Source: a virus. From it: a DNA stretch of 64,000 bases. Position 1 is the stretch's first letter. Each line of letters starts with the position of its first letter. The notes beneath the pieces are model-generated. The model saw only the letters and a program-made list of their open reading frames with translations. It was not told the origin of the DNA and made no database searches. Both the position numbers and the translations under genes were made by a program. Below, one piece after another: positions 29,049 to 39,855 of the stretch. The stretch lies in IMG/VR virus record IMGVR_UViG_3300042502_001732, positions 1 to 64,000 of that record. The stretch is one strand, 5' to 3'.

Positions 29049-29076
29049 TTGACATTTGGTTTATATTTATTAAAAT
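29049..29076 (+). promoter_or_regulatory. Sigma70-type promoter
   Basis: TTGACA-N16-TAAAAT, 6 nt before ATG 29083. Confidence 0.7.
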
Positions 29077-29082
29077 ATAATT

Positions 29083-29298
29083 ATGAAGATTGAAATTCAA
29101 GCAACAAATGATGAATCATTTTCTCTTGTAAATCCAGAACAAGAAGTTACAGAAACTACGAATGTAGAACCTGAAATCAGTATTACATCAGCAGAAACAG
29201 TAGAAGAAGTTACCAGTGTTGCTAATAAAGTACCAAGAGCAGCACCTATTGAAAATAACAAAGGTGCTGGTTGGTTTTCTGGTACAAGTTGGGGGTGA
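29083..29298 (+). CDS. Small acidic hypothetical protein
   Basis: 71 aa; preceded by TTGACA-16-TAAAAT. Confidence 0.55.
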   Translation: MKIEIQATNDESFSLVNPEQEVTETTNVEPEISITSAETVEEVTSVANKVPRAAPIENNKGAGWFSGTSWG

Positions 29299-30042
29299 TT
29301 AAACCTTTAAAACTTGCGTAATATGTTTTAATATAGGACTTCTTACAACATCATCAGAATCAAATTTCATACAATGTATGTTATTTTTTCTTGAATGTTC
29401 AGTATTGAATAATTGATGGATTTTTTCAAATCCTGAATCTTTAATATCACATTGTTTAGCATCTCCACAAACGATATATTTGCTATTTCTGCCAAATCTG
29501 GTTAAAATAGTTGTTAATTCTCCTCTACTCATGTTTTGGGCTTCATCGACAATAACAAATGAATCATGGAATGTTAATCCTCTGACAAAATTTACAGGTA
29601 TTGCTCTTATATATTTTTGAGTTAATAACATATGAGATACTGTTGGATCAACAATTTCGTTCAATTTATCCATTAACGGCATGGTATAAGGGCTGAATTT
29701 TTCATCAAGTTCCCCAGGAAGAGCGCCCATGCTTCTAGATGAGCTTTCTACGACAGATCTAATATAAATTATTTGATCCACTTTAGATTCTTTTAGATGC
29801 TCTAAAGCCGCATATACAGACATATAAGTTTTATTTGTACCTGCGAGACCATCAATAAACATAATATTTGTATTAGGATCGTTTATTGTATAGTAACACT
29901 GGGTTTGATTTTCCGTAAATGGGAAGTGTTTTTTTAAATTAACTTTCTCGAAATCGAAATTTTTCTTATAAGATTCGATAAATTCTTTTTCAAGATCCAA
30001 CGAGGTTTCCTTACGCTTGCGCGTAGATTTTTTTGTGCTCAT
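29299..30042 (-). CDS. phoH: PhoH-like ATPase
   Basis: GLAGTNKT, RSVVE, GALPG, RGLTF, DEAQN, GDAKQCD, DVVRS. Confidence 0.93.
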   Translation of the reverse strand: MSTKKSTRKRKETSLDLEKEFIESYKKNFDFEKVNLKKHFPFTENQTQCYYTINDPNTNIMFIDGLAGTNKTYMSVYAALEHLKESKVDQIIYIRSVVESSSRSMGALPGELDEKFSPYTMPLMDKLNEIVDPTVSHMLLTQKYIRAIPVNFVRGLTFHDSFVIVDEAQNMSRGELTTILTRFGRNSKYIVCGDAKQCDIKDSGFEKIHQLFNTEHSRKNNIHCMKFDSDDVVRSPILKHITQVLKV

Positions 30043-30125
30043 GTATTAATATTTAATTGATAATTGAAGGCCCGTATTGCATTTTTGATAGTGATCTAAA
30101 TGACTAAATAATATAACCTATTGGC

Positions 30126-30152
30126 TTGACTTTTATTAAAAATATGTAAAAT
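30126..30152 (+). promoter_or_regulatory. Sigma70-type promoter for the kinase/glycan operon
   Basis: TTGACT-N15-TAAAAT, 6 nt before ATG 30159. Confidence 0.6.
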
Positions 30153-30158
30153 ATTTGA

Positions 30159-30893
30159 ATGAGAATAGCAATAAGCGGTGCTTCAAATTCTGGCAAATCA
30201 ACATTAATAAATTCATTTCTTCGAAGATGGCCAATGTATTCAACTCCGATGAAATCTTACAGAGATATTCTAAAAGAACATAATTTAGAGCATTCGACTA
30301 AAACAAATGAAGAGACTCAATTATTAATATTAGATTCTATGATGAAAGTCCAAGAAGGATTTAAATCTACAGATAATATAATTTTCGATAGATGCACGTG
30401 GGATAATCTAGCATATACATTAGTTGCTAATTCTTATGAACAAGTTTCCGATGAAGTCACAGCAGCTTCTATTTCTTTTGTAAAAGAAAGCATGAAAGAT
30501 ATAGATATCATATTTTGGTTAGAATATGATTCAGATATTAAAGTTTTAGATAATGGCACAAGAGATACTAATACTGATTATATCAAAGAAGTTGATGGTG
30601 TTTTTAAACAATTATATGAACATTATTCTAATGATTTAGAAACTGATATTTTCTATCCAAAAGAAGATTGCCCAGCTATTATTCCAGTAGAAGGAAAAAC
30701 CGTCGATGATAGAATTTTTTATATTTCTCAATTTATTGATGATACAGGTAGATTAATCGAGCCTGATAGTTCTTTGTTTAGTGAAGAAAATCTTCAAATA
30801 TTAGAACAAATGCTTACTGATCAAACTAAAGCAAAAAATGATGATGCTGAAGTTATAAATTTAATGAAAGAAATTAGCAAATTTAAAAAATAA
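30159..30893 (+). CDS. P-loop nucleotide kinase-like ATPase (AAA_28/dNMP-kinase-like)
   Basis: ISGASNSGKST, FDRC..D. Confidence 0.7.
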   Translation: MRIAISGASNSGKSTLINSFLRRWPMYSTPMKSYRDILKEHNLEHSTKTNEETQLLILDSMMKVQEGFKSTDNIIFDRCTWDNLAYTLVANSYEQVSDEVTAASISFVKESMKDIDIIFWLEYDSDIKVLDNGTRDTNTDYIKEVDGVFKQLYEHYSNDLETDIFYPKEDCPAIIPVEGKTVDDRIFYISQFIDDTGRLIEPDSSLFSEENLQILEQMLTDQTKAKNDDAEVINLMKEISKFKK

Positions 30894-31714
30894 TGTTAAA
30901 TGATAAGAAAATAGGGGTTGGTATTATCACTTACAATAGAATTGACAACCTTAGAAAATTACTTGATTCATTAAATCAATGCGAATCAATTATTGATGAA
31001 TTGATAGTTGTAAATGATGGAGAATCTATTAATGATTTTTCAAAATTTCAATTTCCTATTCTAAATAGCAACTGGGTTAATAACCCGCAAAATCTTGGGG
31101 TGGGTAAGTCTAAAAATATAGCTCTTAAACATTTACATGAATCTGGATGCGATCATCTATTTTTAATAGAGGATGATATTTTTATTAAAAATAAAAATGT
31201 ATTTGAAAGATATATAGAATCATCCAAGATATCAGGAATACAGCATTTTATGTATTCTCAACACGGCGTTATGAACAAATCATGGCATAGTGGAAATGCA
31301 AATCCTATAATGATAATTGATTATGGAACTTTGAAAATTCCATTATATCCAGCAGCCGTTGGTGCGTTTTCTTATTTTTCCAAACTTTGTATAGAAAAAG
31401 CAGGATATTTTGATGAAAGATATTATAATGCATGTGAACATGTAGATCATACATATGAAATTATTAAAAAAGGCATGCATCCTCCATTTTGGTATAATGC
31501 GGATATTGAAAATTCTTGGGAATATCTAGAAGACGAAGCTTGGAGTATGGAACAATCTACAATTTCATCTAAGCCTAATTTAAATCAAATCGTCTCTAAA
31601 TCTGATGAAATTTTCTTTTTGAAGCATGGAACTGTGCCAACAGCTGTTCCTTTTTCTAGAGAAGAAGAAGTAATACAATCTATTAAAAAAATTAAAAAAG
31701 AATATGGACAATAA
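30893..31714 (+). CDS. Glycosyltransferase family 2
   Basis: IITYNR, VNDG, NLGVGKSKN, IEDD, GYFDE. Confidence 0.85.
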   Translation: MLNDKKIGVGIITYNRIDNLRKLLDSLNQCESIIDELIVVNDGESINDFSKFQFPILNSNWVNNPQNLGVGKSKNIALKHLHESGCDHLFLIEDDIFIKNKNVFERYIESSKISGIQHFMYSQHGVMNKSWHSGNANPIMIIDYGTLKIPLYPAAVGAFSYFSKLCIEKAGYFDERYYNACEHVDHTYEIIKKGMHPPFWYNADIENSWEYLEDEAWSMEQSTISSKPNLNQIVSKSDEIFFLKHGTVPTAVPFSREEEVIQSIKKIKKEYGQ

Positions 31715-32267
31715 TATTTGGGAAATAGCTAAAAATAAATATAAAATTCAACAAATCCAAGAGGAATGGTTTTGGTTGATTGACACTGCAATTGTAACAC
31801 CATACAAAGATAAGAAAATCAACATTTTTGAAATCGGTTGTTATGATGGAGGATCGACTTATTATTTGAGTAATTTTGCAAAAAATATGATAACTGTGGA
31901 TAATAATAATCCATGCCGTTTCGATCCTTCAAGTATCCCAGCGAGTGAAAGTTATCAATATTTTGGTGGTGACAGTCACGATCCAAATATAATAAAAAAT
32001 GTAAGTAAATTTGATTGGGATTTTGTTTTTATTGATGGCGATCATTCATACGAAGGAGTCAAAGCTGACTTTTATAATGTTTTACCGTACCTTAAAAAAG
32101 GAACGCCTGTCGCATTTCACGACATTGCCATTTCACATTTTCATCATACACATGGATGCTATGTCGGTGAGTTTTGGAGAGATTTGAAAAATGAATACAA
32201 AGCAACTAAATTTGAAGAATACCAAACTGATAAAGAATGGGCTGGAATAGGTCTACTTTTCGTATGA
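31704..32267 (+). CDS. Class I SAM-dependent methyltransferase (Methyltransf_24-like)
   Basis: EIGCYDGGS, GDSH, FIDGDHSYEGV, FHD. Confidence 0.85.
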   Translation: MDNNIWEIAKNKYKIQQIQEEWFWLIDTAIVTPYKDKKINIFEIGCYDGGSTYYLSNFAKNMITVDNNNPCRFDPSSIPASESYQYFGGDSHDPNIIKNVSKFDWDFVFIDGDHSYEGVKADFYNVLPYLKKGTPVAFHDIAISHFHHTHGCYVGEFWRDLKNEYKATKFEEYQTDKEWAGIGLLFV

Positions 32268-32284
32268 AAAGACTAAATATATGA

Positions 32285-33040
32285 ATGGGACAAGGAAGAT
32301 ACTCAAAATATCCAAACAAGGCGGGGATTTATAAATTCAAATGCATTATCAACGATAAGATTTACATAGGAAAATCTATAAACATTAGGGATAGGATAAA
32401 CAGTCATAGATATACACTATCAGAAACAAATAAAAGAAAAAAAGGATATTTTGAAAGTGCTATCAAAAAATATGGATGGGATTCTTTTGAATTTGAAATA
32501 TTAGAGATTGTGGAGGATTTTGATAAACATAAAGATAACGATGATCTCTTAAAGAGAGAAGCATATTACATAAAGTTATTTGATTCTACTGATCCAAATA
32601 AAGGGTATAATTTATGTAAGTATTCAAGTGATAGAACTGGGGTTCCGTGTTCGGAAGAATCTAAAGAAAAATTAAGACAGGCTAATTTGGGAAAGAAACA
32701 CTCAGAAGAAACCAAACTTAAAATGAAAGAAAGCTCTGCTAAATTAACTAAAGATAAACAAAAAAGACAATCTGGTAGACCTCTTCCAGAGGAAACCAAA
32801 AGAAAATTATCTAAAATTAATAAAGGAAAGACACCATCTAAAAATACTATAGATGCTATTAAAAATAGAGTTCGTAAAAGGTATAAAGTCCAAACTCCCA
32901 GCGGTGATTGTGTTGAAATTGTTAATATGGCTAAGTTTTGCAGAGATGAAAAATTAGGAAGGGATAGTATGGATAGGTTAGTTAGAGGGATTATAACTAA
33001 CTATATGGGGTGGACATTTATAGAAGCTGTGATAATATAG
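32285..33040 (+). mobile_element. Free-standing GIY-YIG homing endonuclease (Seg-like) with NUMOD3 repeats
   Basis: GIY...YIGKS, RE..YI, GYN; repeated SEE(S/T)K.K; interrupts the glycan locus. Confidence 0.85.
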
Positions 33041-33176
33041 GAATTATTAAAGATCCGATGTCAGAAAAACATAAAGAAAAAATTAAACAGTTAAATTTAA
33101 GAAAACCTAAATCTAGAAAAATTAAAAATGTAAAAATGTAGAAATATTAGCAAATGAATAATATAAAAAATAAAGT

Positions 33177-33920
33177 ATGGACTTAACATTAATAACTTGC
33201 AATTATAATACGCCGATACAGATAGTAAGACTGTTGCAAAGCGTAAAAGAAACATCGTCACAGTTACCGAAGGTTATTGTGATGAATACATCAACAACCC
33301 AAGATTCTGATAAAATTTTATCAGATAATGATATACCTTATTATAATTTTAGAGGAGGATCGCATGGTGAATCTGTTAATTTAGCCTTTAAAAAAGTAAA
33401 AACTAAATATGTTCTATTGGTGGATTCTGATGTAATATTTTTAAAAGATTTTCTCCCAGCTTTTGAAAAATTCAAATCTTCAAATTTAACTCTTATGGGT
33501 AAAGTTGTCGGCAATGTCGCTGGTAAAAATCTGTATGAAAGAGTGGAACCTTGGTATTGTTTCATGAATTATGAAATTTTGAAAAATAAAAAAATTGAGT
33601 TTTTCGATAGAGAAAGAGTTAAGAAAAGCAAAGAGGACAATATAAAAGTATATGATATAGGTTCTACAATGTTTGAAGATGTTGAAAAATCTAATCTACT
33701 GATTGGAGATGTAGATTTAGAAAACAAATATTTTAAACATTACGGAGGAATGTCATGGCATTGTCAAAAATATAATTCTTCAGAAGATGATACTGATATT
33801 GATTTTGGTGGAACTCATCCACATGAAATTCTTTGGAATATTGGTCAACAAAGAAAAAATCAATACGATATCGAAACAGAATACTTAAAAGATATAGATA
33901 TTAAATCTTGTTTTAAATGA
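33177..33920 (+). CDS. Glycosyltransferase family 2-like
   Basis: LITCNYNT, HGE..N, LVDSD, YDIG. Confidence 0.75.
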   Translation: MDLTLITCNYNTPIQIVRLLQSVKETSSQLPKVIVMNTSTTQDSDKILSDNDIPYYNFRGGSHGESVNLAFKKVKTKYVLLVDSDVIFLKDFLPAFEKFKSSNLTLMGKVVGNVAGKNLYERVEPWYCFMNYEILKNKKIEFFDRERVKKSKEDNIKVYDIGSTMFEDVEKSNLLIGDVDLENKYFKHYGGMSWHCQKYNSSEDDTDIDFGGTHPHEILWNIGQQRKNQYDIETEYLKDIDIKSCFK

Positions 33921-34669
33921 ATAAATGTTTTGTAAAAGTTGGAGGTGGGTTAGGAAATCAATTGTTTCAAATAGCCGCCGCTTATTCTTATTGTAAGAAA
34001 TATAATAAAAAATTATATATAGATATATCAGATTGGAGCGCATCTCAAGGAGTTAATCCAATAAAATATAAAGATTCAATATTTAAAAATTTTGAATACC
34101 ATTTATATTCTACTCCAGAAACTACAAAAATTGAAGAAGAAAGTTTAATTTATAAAGAACTTCCATATCATGATGGGGATGTATCGTTTCATGGCTATTT
34201 TCAATCTGATAAATATTTTATAGAACATAAGGATGAATTTGTAAATTGTTTAAGTTTGCCAAATCTTGATAGTTCCTTTATGCAAGAAAAAAATGTTGCA
34301 TTTCATATAAGAAGAGGAGATTATATTAGTTATTCTCATATATATAATGTGTGTAATACTGATTATTTTAATAAACAATTTGAAGCATTTAAAGATTATC
34401 AAATAAATGTTTTTACTGATTCTCCCGACTTTATATGTAATGAATTTAAAAATCAAAAATTCAATTTAATAATATCACATTCGGAATTAGAAGACTTGAC
34501 TTTAATGAGTTTGCATACAAATATAGTATGCAGTAATTCATCATTTTCTTGGTGGGCATCTTTGCTAGGCAAAGAAAAAGATAACATAATTGTTCCAAAT
34601 AGATGGTTCAATAATTCAGAAAATCATTATGACATATACAGATCAGACTTTACAAAAATCGAAGTATAA
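33917..34669 (+). CDS. GT11 alpha-1,2-fucosyltransferase-like
   Basis: GGLGNQLFQ, GYFQS, HIRRGDY, SNSSFSWW. Confidence 0.9.
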   Translation: MNKCFVKVGGGLGNQLFQIAAAYSYCKKYNKKLYIDISDWSASQGVNPIKYKDSIFKNFEYHLYSTPETTKIEEESLIYKELPYHDGDVSFHGYFQSDKYFIEHKDEFVNCLSLPNLDSSFMQEKNVAFHIRRGDYISYSHIYNVCNTDYFNKQFEAFKDYQINVFTDSPDFICNEFKNQKFNLIISHSELEDLTLMSLHTNIVCSNSSFSWWASLLGKEKDNIIVPNRWFNNSENHYDIYRSDFTKIEV

Positions 34670-35414
34670 TTTAACTGAAACATCATTCATAATACATTTT
34701 AGAAGAGATTCCGATGATAGAATTTTCAATCTTAAATGTATTTTAAATTATTTTGATACTTATATTGATTATAAAGAATTATTCATAATTAATGATGATT
34801 CTGAACTTGATAATGAATTAAAAAATCTTAAAGAAAAATATCCAAAAATATCTATAGGTTTTTTTAAAAATGATGATGTTTATCAAAGAACTTTATGTTT
34901 CAATAAAATTGCAAAAATAGCAAACGGTAAAGTGTTGTGTTTTTATGATACTGATGTTTTGGTAAAGCCAGAATGTTTACAACATGCTCAAAAATTAATT
35001 ATAACTGGAGAGTTGGATCATGTTTATCCATACAACGGATTATTTGTAGGTGTTAAAAAACCACATAGAGATTTATTAGTAAATTTTGAATTTAATAAAT
35101 TAGAATCATTATTATTAGAACGTCATATAGGTTATGACAATGAATATATGGCAGTTGGACACGATCACTCCGTTGGAGGGATGCACATGATGTCTAAAGA
35201 AGCATTTAATAAAATTGAAGGATACAACGTTAATTTTATCGGTTGGGGATGTGAAGATGTTGATATTTATACTAGATCAGGCCAGAAAAATAAAGTAGCT
35301 GGTATCAGTTCCCCTGATGCGATATGTTGGCATATTGATCATGATAATACTATAAGAACTGAGAATAAATACTATCAAAATAATTTAAATTTATTATACA
35401 GAAATAATAAATGA
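34629..35414 (+). CDS. GT-A glycosyltransferase with GT7-C (galactosyltransferase-like) motif
   Basis: YDTD, GYN..FIGWGCED; start uncertain (34590 or 34629). Confidence 0.8.
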   Translation: MTYTDQTLQKSKYNLTETSFIIHFRRDSDDRIFNLKCILNYFDTYIDYKELFIINDDSELDNELKNLKEKYPKISIGFFKNDDVYQRTLCFNKIAKIANGKVLCFYDTDVLVKPECLQHAQKLIITGELDHVYPYNGLFVGVKKPHRDLLVNFEFNKLESLLLERHIGYDNEYMAVGHDHSVGGMHMMSKEAFNKIEGYNVNFIGWGCEDVDIYTRSGQKNKVAGISSPDAICWHIDHDNTIRTENKYYQNNLNLLYRNNK

Positions 35415-36127
35415 ATTTAAAAAAACGACCCAAATTATCAGTTGCCATTCCATGTTATGAAATGAGTGGTAAGGGTGTTGAATTTTTAGAAAAATCTTTA
35501 AACATTATTAAAAATCAAAATGTAGATTTTTCTGAAATTGAAATTGTAATATCTGATCATTCTATAAATGATGATATAAAAAAATGCTGCGATAAGTATA
35601 ACAATATAAATTTAAAATATTATAAAAATGAAGAATGCAGAGGTTCAATGTCTGGAAATATTAATAGTTGTATTAGACAGAGTTCTGGGGAATATATAAA
35701 ACCATTATTTCAAGATGATTTTTTAAATTCTTCAAATTCTCTAAAAGCTATTTTGGATAATTTGAATTCCCCATGGATAGCTCATGAATATACTCATTTA
35801 GATCTTTCGACAGATTCATTTTATAATCAAAGAACTCCTTTCTATAATGATAGAATTTTAGAAGGAATTAACACAATTGGACCTCCAACAGTGACAGCTT
35901 TTTTGAATGATAATAATTATTTCGATGAAAATTTATTATGGTTTATGGATATAGAATTTTATCACAGAATGATGATAAAATATGGTCATCCTACAATTTT
36001 AAAATGTAATGACCCTATAGCTACAGTTACAACATGGAGTGGACAAACTACAGAAACATCAATCAATCAAGTTTTAATTGACAAAGAAACCAATTATATT
36101 AAATTAAAATATAATGAAAATATCTGA
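35411..36127 (+). CDS. Glycosyltransferase family 2
   Basis: SVAIPCYE, ISDHS, LFQDD, FDENL...D.EF. Confidence 0.85.
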   Translation: MNLKKRPKLSVAIPCYEMSGKGVEFLEKSLNIIKNQNVDFSEIEIVISDHSINDDIKKCCDKYNNINLKYYKNEECRGSMSGNINSCIRQSSGEYIKPLFQDDFLNSSNSLKAILDNLNSPWIAHEYTHLDLSTDSFYNQRTPFYNDRILEGINTIGPPTVTAFLNDNNYFDENLLWFMDIEFYHRMMIKYGHPTILKCNDPIATVTTWSGQTTETSINQVLIDKETNYIKLKYNENI

Positions 36128-36689
36128 GTTATTTTTAAAATATCAAAGTGATAAAAATGAAGGATCTTTATATCCTTCAGATCATCTTAGGGGTCACACA
36201 TATGGAAAATCATATGATAAAATATTTGAAAAATTTGATAGAAAATCAAATTTCAATATATTAGAAATTGGAATTCAAAAGGGTGGTAGTATGCTGGCAT
36301 GGAAAGATTACTTTGAAAATTCTAACATTTATGGTGTAGATATAGTAGATTGTATTTTACCAGAATATAGACGAGAGGATTTTAATTATATATTTGATGA
36401 TATTAAATCTGATAATGTTACAAAAATTTTAAGTAATTTAACTTTTGATATTATTATAGATGATGGAAGTCATTTTTTGAGTGATGTTCTATTTACAGTT
36501 TCCAATTATCTATCAAAACTTAACGATGGCGGTGTTTTAATTATAGAAGATTGTCAGCACCCAGAGGGATGGATAGAAGAAATAGGAAAGTTGGTTGATG
36601 ATAATTATAGAATAATTACAGCTGATTTGAGATATGATAGAGGTCAACCTCAATACGATAATTTTCTAATTATTATAGAAAAACAATAA
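36114..36689 (+). CDS. Class I SAM-dependent (sugar O-)methyltransferase
   Basis: LEIGIQKGGS, GVDI, IIDDGSH, GGVLIIED. Confidence 0.85.
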   Translation: MKISELFLKYQSDKNEGSLYPSDHLRGHTYGKSYDKIFEKFDRKSNFNILEIGIQKGGSMLAWKDYFENSNIYGVDIVDCILPEYRREDFNYIFDDIKSDNVTKILSNLTFDIIIDDGSHFLSDVLFTVSNYLSKLNDGGVLIIEDCQHPEGWIEEIGKLVDDNYRIITADLRYDRGQPQYDNFLIIIEKQ

Positions 36690-36709
36690 AATTTATAATT
36701 TTAATTTAA

Positions 36710-37621
36710 ATGATAACAACCAATTTAACTGGTAATTTAGGAAATCACATGTGGCAATACGCTGTATGTAGAATGATAGCCGAACATAAAGGTTATGATT
36801 GGGGTATAAATTCAACACCAAGCCATGATTATTTTAATGGTAAAAGCCAAATGGAATTCATGGAGATTGATTATGGAAAACCTGTTGATGGTATAATTAA
36901 TTCATTTCATGAAAGATGGATTCATATACAACATGTGGATATAGTTAACATCGCGATGTTGGACAAAAGAATCTATGATATTGAAGATAACACGGTACTA
37001 TTAGGAGAAAATGGTGCATATGGTGGATTGTTTCAATGTGAAGATTATCTAATAGATAGAAAGTCTGATGTTGAAAAATGGTTTTCTATAAAACCAGAAT
37101 ATAAAAATCAATACGATAATAAATTAAAAGAATTAGGTATTGAATTGGATGAAAATTTATGCGTTATTAATTTCAGAGGGGGGGAATATAGAGGAATTTC
37201 CACGTGCTTGTTGAGAAAAGAATATTGGAAAGATGCTACCAATCATATGTTAGCAATCAATCCATTTATGGTTTTTTTAGCAATAACTGATGATCCTGAG
37301 CTGTGTAAAGAATATATGCCGTTTGATATTCAAACGTTGCATATTGATGCAGGTTTTGATTTTTATGTAGTTAATCAAGCTCATTGGTTGATAATTTCAA
37401 ATTCATCATTTGGATGGTGGGCTGCTTGGTTAAACAAAAAATCCAAAAAAACTATAGCTCCTAAATATTGGGCTAGACATAATGTCAGCAATGGGTATTG
37501 GGCTCTTGGTAATTCGTATACAAGAGGATTTACTTTTATGGATAGAGAAGGTAAATTATTCAATTATGATGATTGTTTAATTGAAGCAACTGAATTTTAT
37601 AAAAACCATAATATCATATAA
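36710..37621 (+). CDS. Second GT11-like glycosyltransferase
   Basis: GNLGNHMWQY, NFRGGEY, SNSSFGWW. Confidence 0.8.
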   Translation: MITTNLTGNLGNHMWQYAVCRMIAEHKGYDWGINSTPSHDYFNGKSQMEFMEIDYGKPVDGIINSFHERWIHIQHVDIVNIAMLDKRIYDIEDNTVLLGENGAYGGLFQCEDYLIDRKSDVEKWFSIKPEYKNQYDNKLKELGIELDENLCVINFRGGEYRGISTCLLRKEYWKDATNHMLAINPFMVFLAITDDPELCKEYMPFDIQTLHIDAGFDFYVVNQAHWLIISNSSFGWWAAWLNKKSKKTIAPKYWARHNVSNGYWALGNSYTRGFTFMDREGKLFNYDDCLIEATEFYKNHNII

Positions 37622-37623
37622 AT

Positions 37624-38487
37624 ATGAGAAAAATTTACGACTGTTTTATTTTTTTTAATGAATTGGATTTACTTGAATTAAGATTAAATGTTTTAGATTC
37701 TTATGTTGATTATTTTGTTATTTGTGAAGCTTCCGTAACACACAGCGGAATTAATAAAGAATATATTTTTGAAAATAATAAACATAGATTTTCAAAATTC
37801 TTACATAAGATTATTCATTTGAAAATTGATGATATTCCTACAAATTTTTCCAATCTTCCAATTTCATCAAACGTAAATACATTCGATGAGGAATGCGTTA
37901 ATGATATTCATTCATTTATAAATGAAACAACTCTGTTTAATAAAATAACAGAAAGTCATTTTGGTAGAGATTTTTTTCAAAAAGAATCTCTCAGAAGAGG
38001 TTTAGAGAATTGTGAAGATGATGATATTGTAATATTATCTGATTGTGATGAAATTCCAAATCCTAAAGTTTTAGAAAAAGTCGATAAGTTTATCAAAGAT
38101 TATGAATTTTTTACATTTAATCAAAAGACTTATTATTATTATATAAATCTATTGAAAGAAACTTCATGGAAAGGTTCTAGAATGGGGTTATATAAAAACT
38201 TAAAAAAATATTCATTCAATAAATTAAGAGCGCAACAAAATTGCGAAATTTCTGAAGGTGGGTGGCATTTTAGTTTCATGGGAGGTTCTGAACAAGTTAA
38301 ATTGAAAATTAAATCGTATTCACATCAAGAATTGAATACTTCAGAATATATAAATAATGTTGATAAAAACATAGAAAATAATATAGATCCATTTTTTAGA
38401 GGATCTTTGACGAAAGTTGATATTGATTCATCTTATCCAGAATATATTTTAAATAATTTGCAAAAATATCAACACATGATAAAATAA
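37624..38487 (+). CDS. GT17 (beta-1,4-GlcNAc-transferase-like) glycosyltransferase
   Basis: DCFIFFNELDLLELRL, SDCDEIP, GWHFSF. Confidence 0.85.
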   Translation: MRKIYDCFIFFNELDLLELRLNVLDSYVDYFVICEASVTHSGINKEYIFENNKHRFSKFLHKIIHLKIDDIPTNFSNLPISSNVNTFDEECVNDIHSFINETTLFNKITESHFGRDFFQKESLRRGLENCEDDDIVILSDCDEIPNPKVLEKVDKFIKDYEFFTFNQKTYYYYINLLKETSWKGSRMGLYKNLKKYSFNKLRAQQNCEISEGGWHFSFMGGSEQVKLKIKSYSHQELNTSEYINNVDKNIENNIDPFFRGSLTKVDIDSSYPEYILNNLQKYQHMIK

Positions 38488-38491
38488 ATTT

Positions 38492-39136
38492 ATGTTAGAT
38501 TTATCAAATGTAACGCTTATAGCGATGACATCTGTGAAAATACCTCAAACTATAAAAGCATTGCAATATAGTTCTAGAGATATAAAATTTGGAGCTATAA
38601 AAATTATTTCAGATATTAAACCAGATGATCTTCCTAGTGATATTATCCATGAATATACTGAGAAAATGTCTAATATAGATGATTGGAATTATTCAATTAT
38701 CTATAAACTTGGGAAGCATATAGATACCGAATTTGCTATACTTATTCATGATGATGGTTTTATTATAAATCCTAAATCTTGGAGACCAGAGTTTTTTGAA
38801 TATGATTATATTGGAGCGCCTTGGCCGTTGCCGATGGATGATTTTTCTTATAGAGATATAAATGGTGAAATTATAAGAGTTGGTAATAGTGTATCATTAC
38901 GAAGTAAAAAATTAATAGATTTACCTGTAAAATTAAATTTAGAATGGAAACCATTTCATGGCTATTATAATGAAGACGGTTTTATTTGTGTAAATTATAG
39001 ACATATATATAAAGAACACGGTATTAAATTTGCAGATATAGATGTTGCTAAATATTTTTCACACGAAACCCAATTACCAGAAACTTTTGGAATCGAACCA
39101 TTCGCCTTTCATGGAAAGAAAGGATTATTTGATTAA
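38492..39136 (+). CDS. DUF5672-like GT-A protein
   Basis: HDDGF, YDYIGAPW, GN..SLRS, NED.F, FAFHG. Confidence 0.75.
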   Translation: MLDLSNVTLIAMTSVKIPQTIKALQYSSRDIKFGAIKIISDIKPDDLPSDIIHEYTEKMSNIDDWNYSIIYKLGKHIDTEFAILIHDDGFIINPKSWRPEFFEYDYIGAPWPLPMDDFSYRDINGEIIRVGNSVSLRSKKLIDLPVKLNLEWKPFHGYYNEDGFICVNYRHIYKEHGIKFADIDVAKYFSHETQLPETFGIEPFAFHGKKGLFD

Positions 39137-39137
39137 T

Positions 39138-39815
39138 ATGAAAAAGGAAATAGTGATAGCCGCATATGATAAAGATTTACATTGGTTAAGTAGATTAAAT
39201 TCCGATGTGAAGAAAACTATATATCGAAAAGGAAACAGAAGTGAGGATATAAATGAAATTTATATAGAGAATAATAAAGGAAGATGTGTGCATACATTCT
39301 TTAATCATATTTTTGAAAATTATAATAATCTTTCTGATGTAACATATTTTGCACAAGATTATCCTTTCGATCACTGGGAAAATATAATAGAAATTATAAA
39401 TGATATTCCAACTATACAAAAAGAACAATTAAAAATAGGAGGTTATTGCGGATATCATTGGAATAGTATACAGACACCATCATCAAGTGGTGGTATTATG
39501 TGGGAATTATATCCATCCATTCATCATGGAAATGGTAATATACTTTCATGTGATAGCAAAGGACATCCTCATGCATCTGCTGATTTTCATATTGATGCTG
39601 ATAAATATTGGAATTTATTTTTTAATAACAAACCTCCTAACTTTTATGAATTCATTCCTGGGGGTCACTTTTCAATAACAAAAGAACACGCTCATTTAAG
39701 AACTAGAGATTTTTATAAAAAAGTTGTAGATTTTTTAATAGATTATGAATTTGCACCCTGGATTGTTGAAAGATTAGAGTGTTATATTTTCAATCCAAAA
39801 TATTCAACTATTTAA
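39138..39815 (+). CDS. DUF3431-like GT-associated protein
   Basis: IVIAAY, NKGR..HT...HI..NY..L, F.Q..PFDH, PW..ER; start set at MKKEIV. Confidence 0.7.
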   Translation: MKKEIVIAAYDKDLHWLSRLNSDVKKTIYRKGNRSEDINEIYIENNKGRCVHTFFNHIFENYNNLSDVTYFAQDYPFDHWENIIEIINDIPTIQKEQLKIGGYCGYHWNSIQTPSSSGGIMWELYPSIHHGNGNILSCDSKGHPHASADFHIDADKYWNLFFNNKPPNFYEFIPGGHFSITKEHAHLRTRDFYKKVVDFLIDYEFAPWIVERLECYIFNPKYSTI

Positions 39816-39820
39816 ATGAT

Positions 39821-39848
39821 TTGACATTTCAAAAAAATTTGGTAGATT
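39821..39848 (+). promoter_or_regulatory. Sigma70-type promoter for rfbH
   Basis: TTGACA-N16-TAGATT, 7 nt before ATG 39856. Confidence 0.65.
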
Positions 39849-39855
39849 TTAGAAT

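Noticed and set aside
30043-30125. tRNA or structured ncRNA in the phoH intergenic gap
   Set aside because: No cloverleaf or stable stem visible; only promoter-like motifs.
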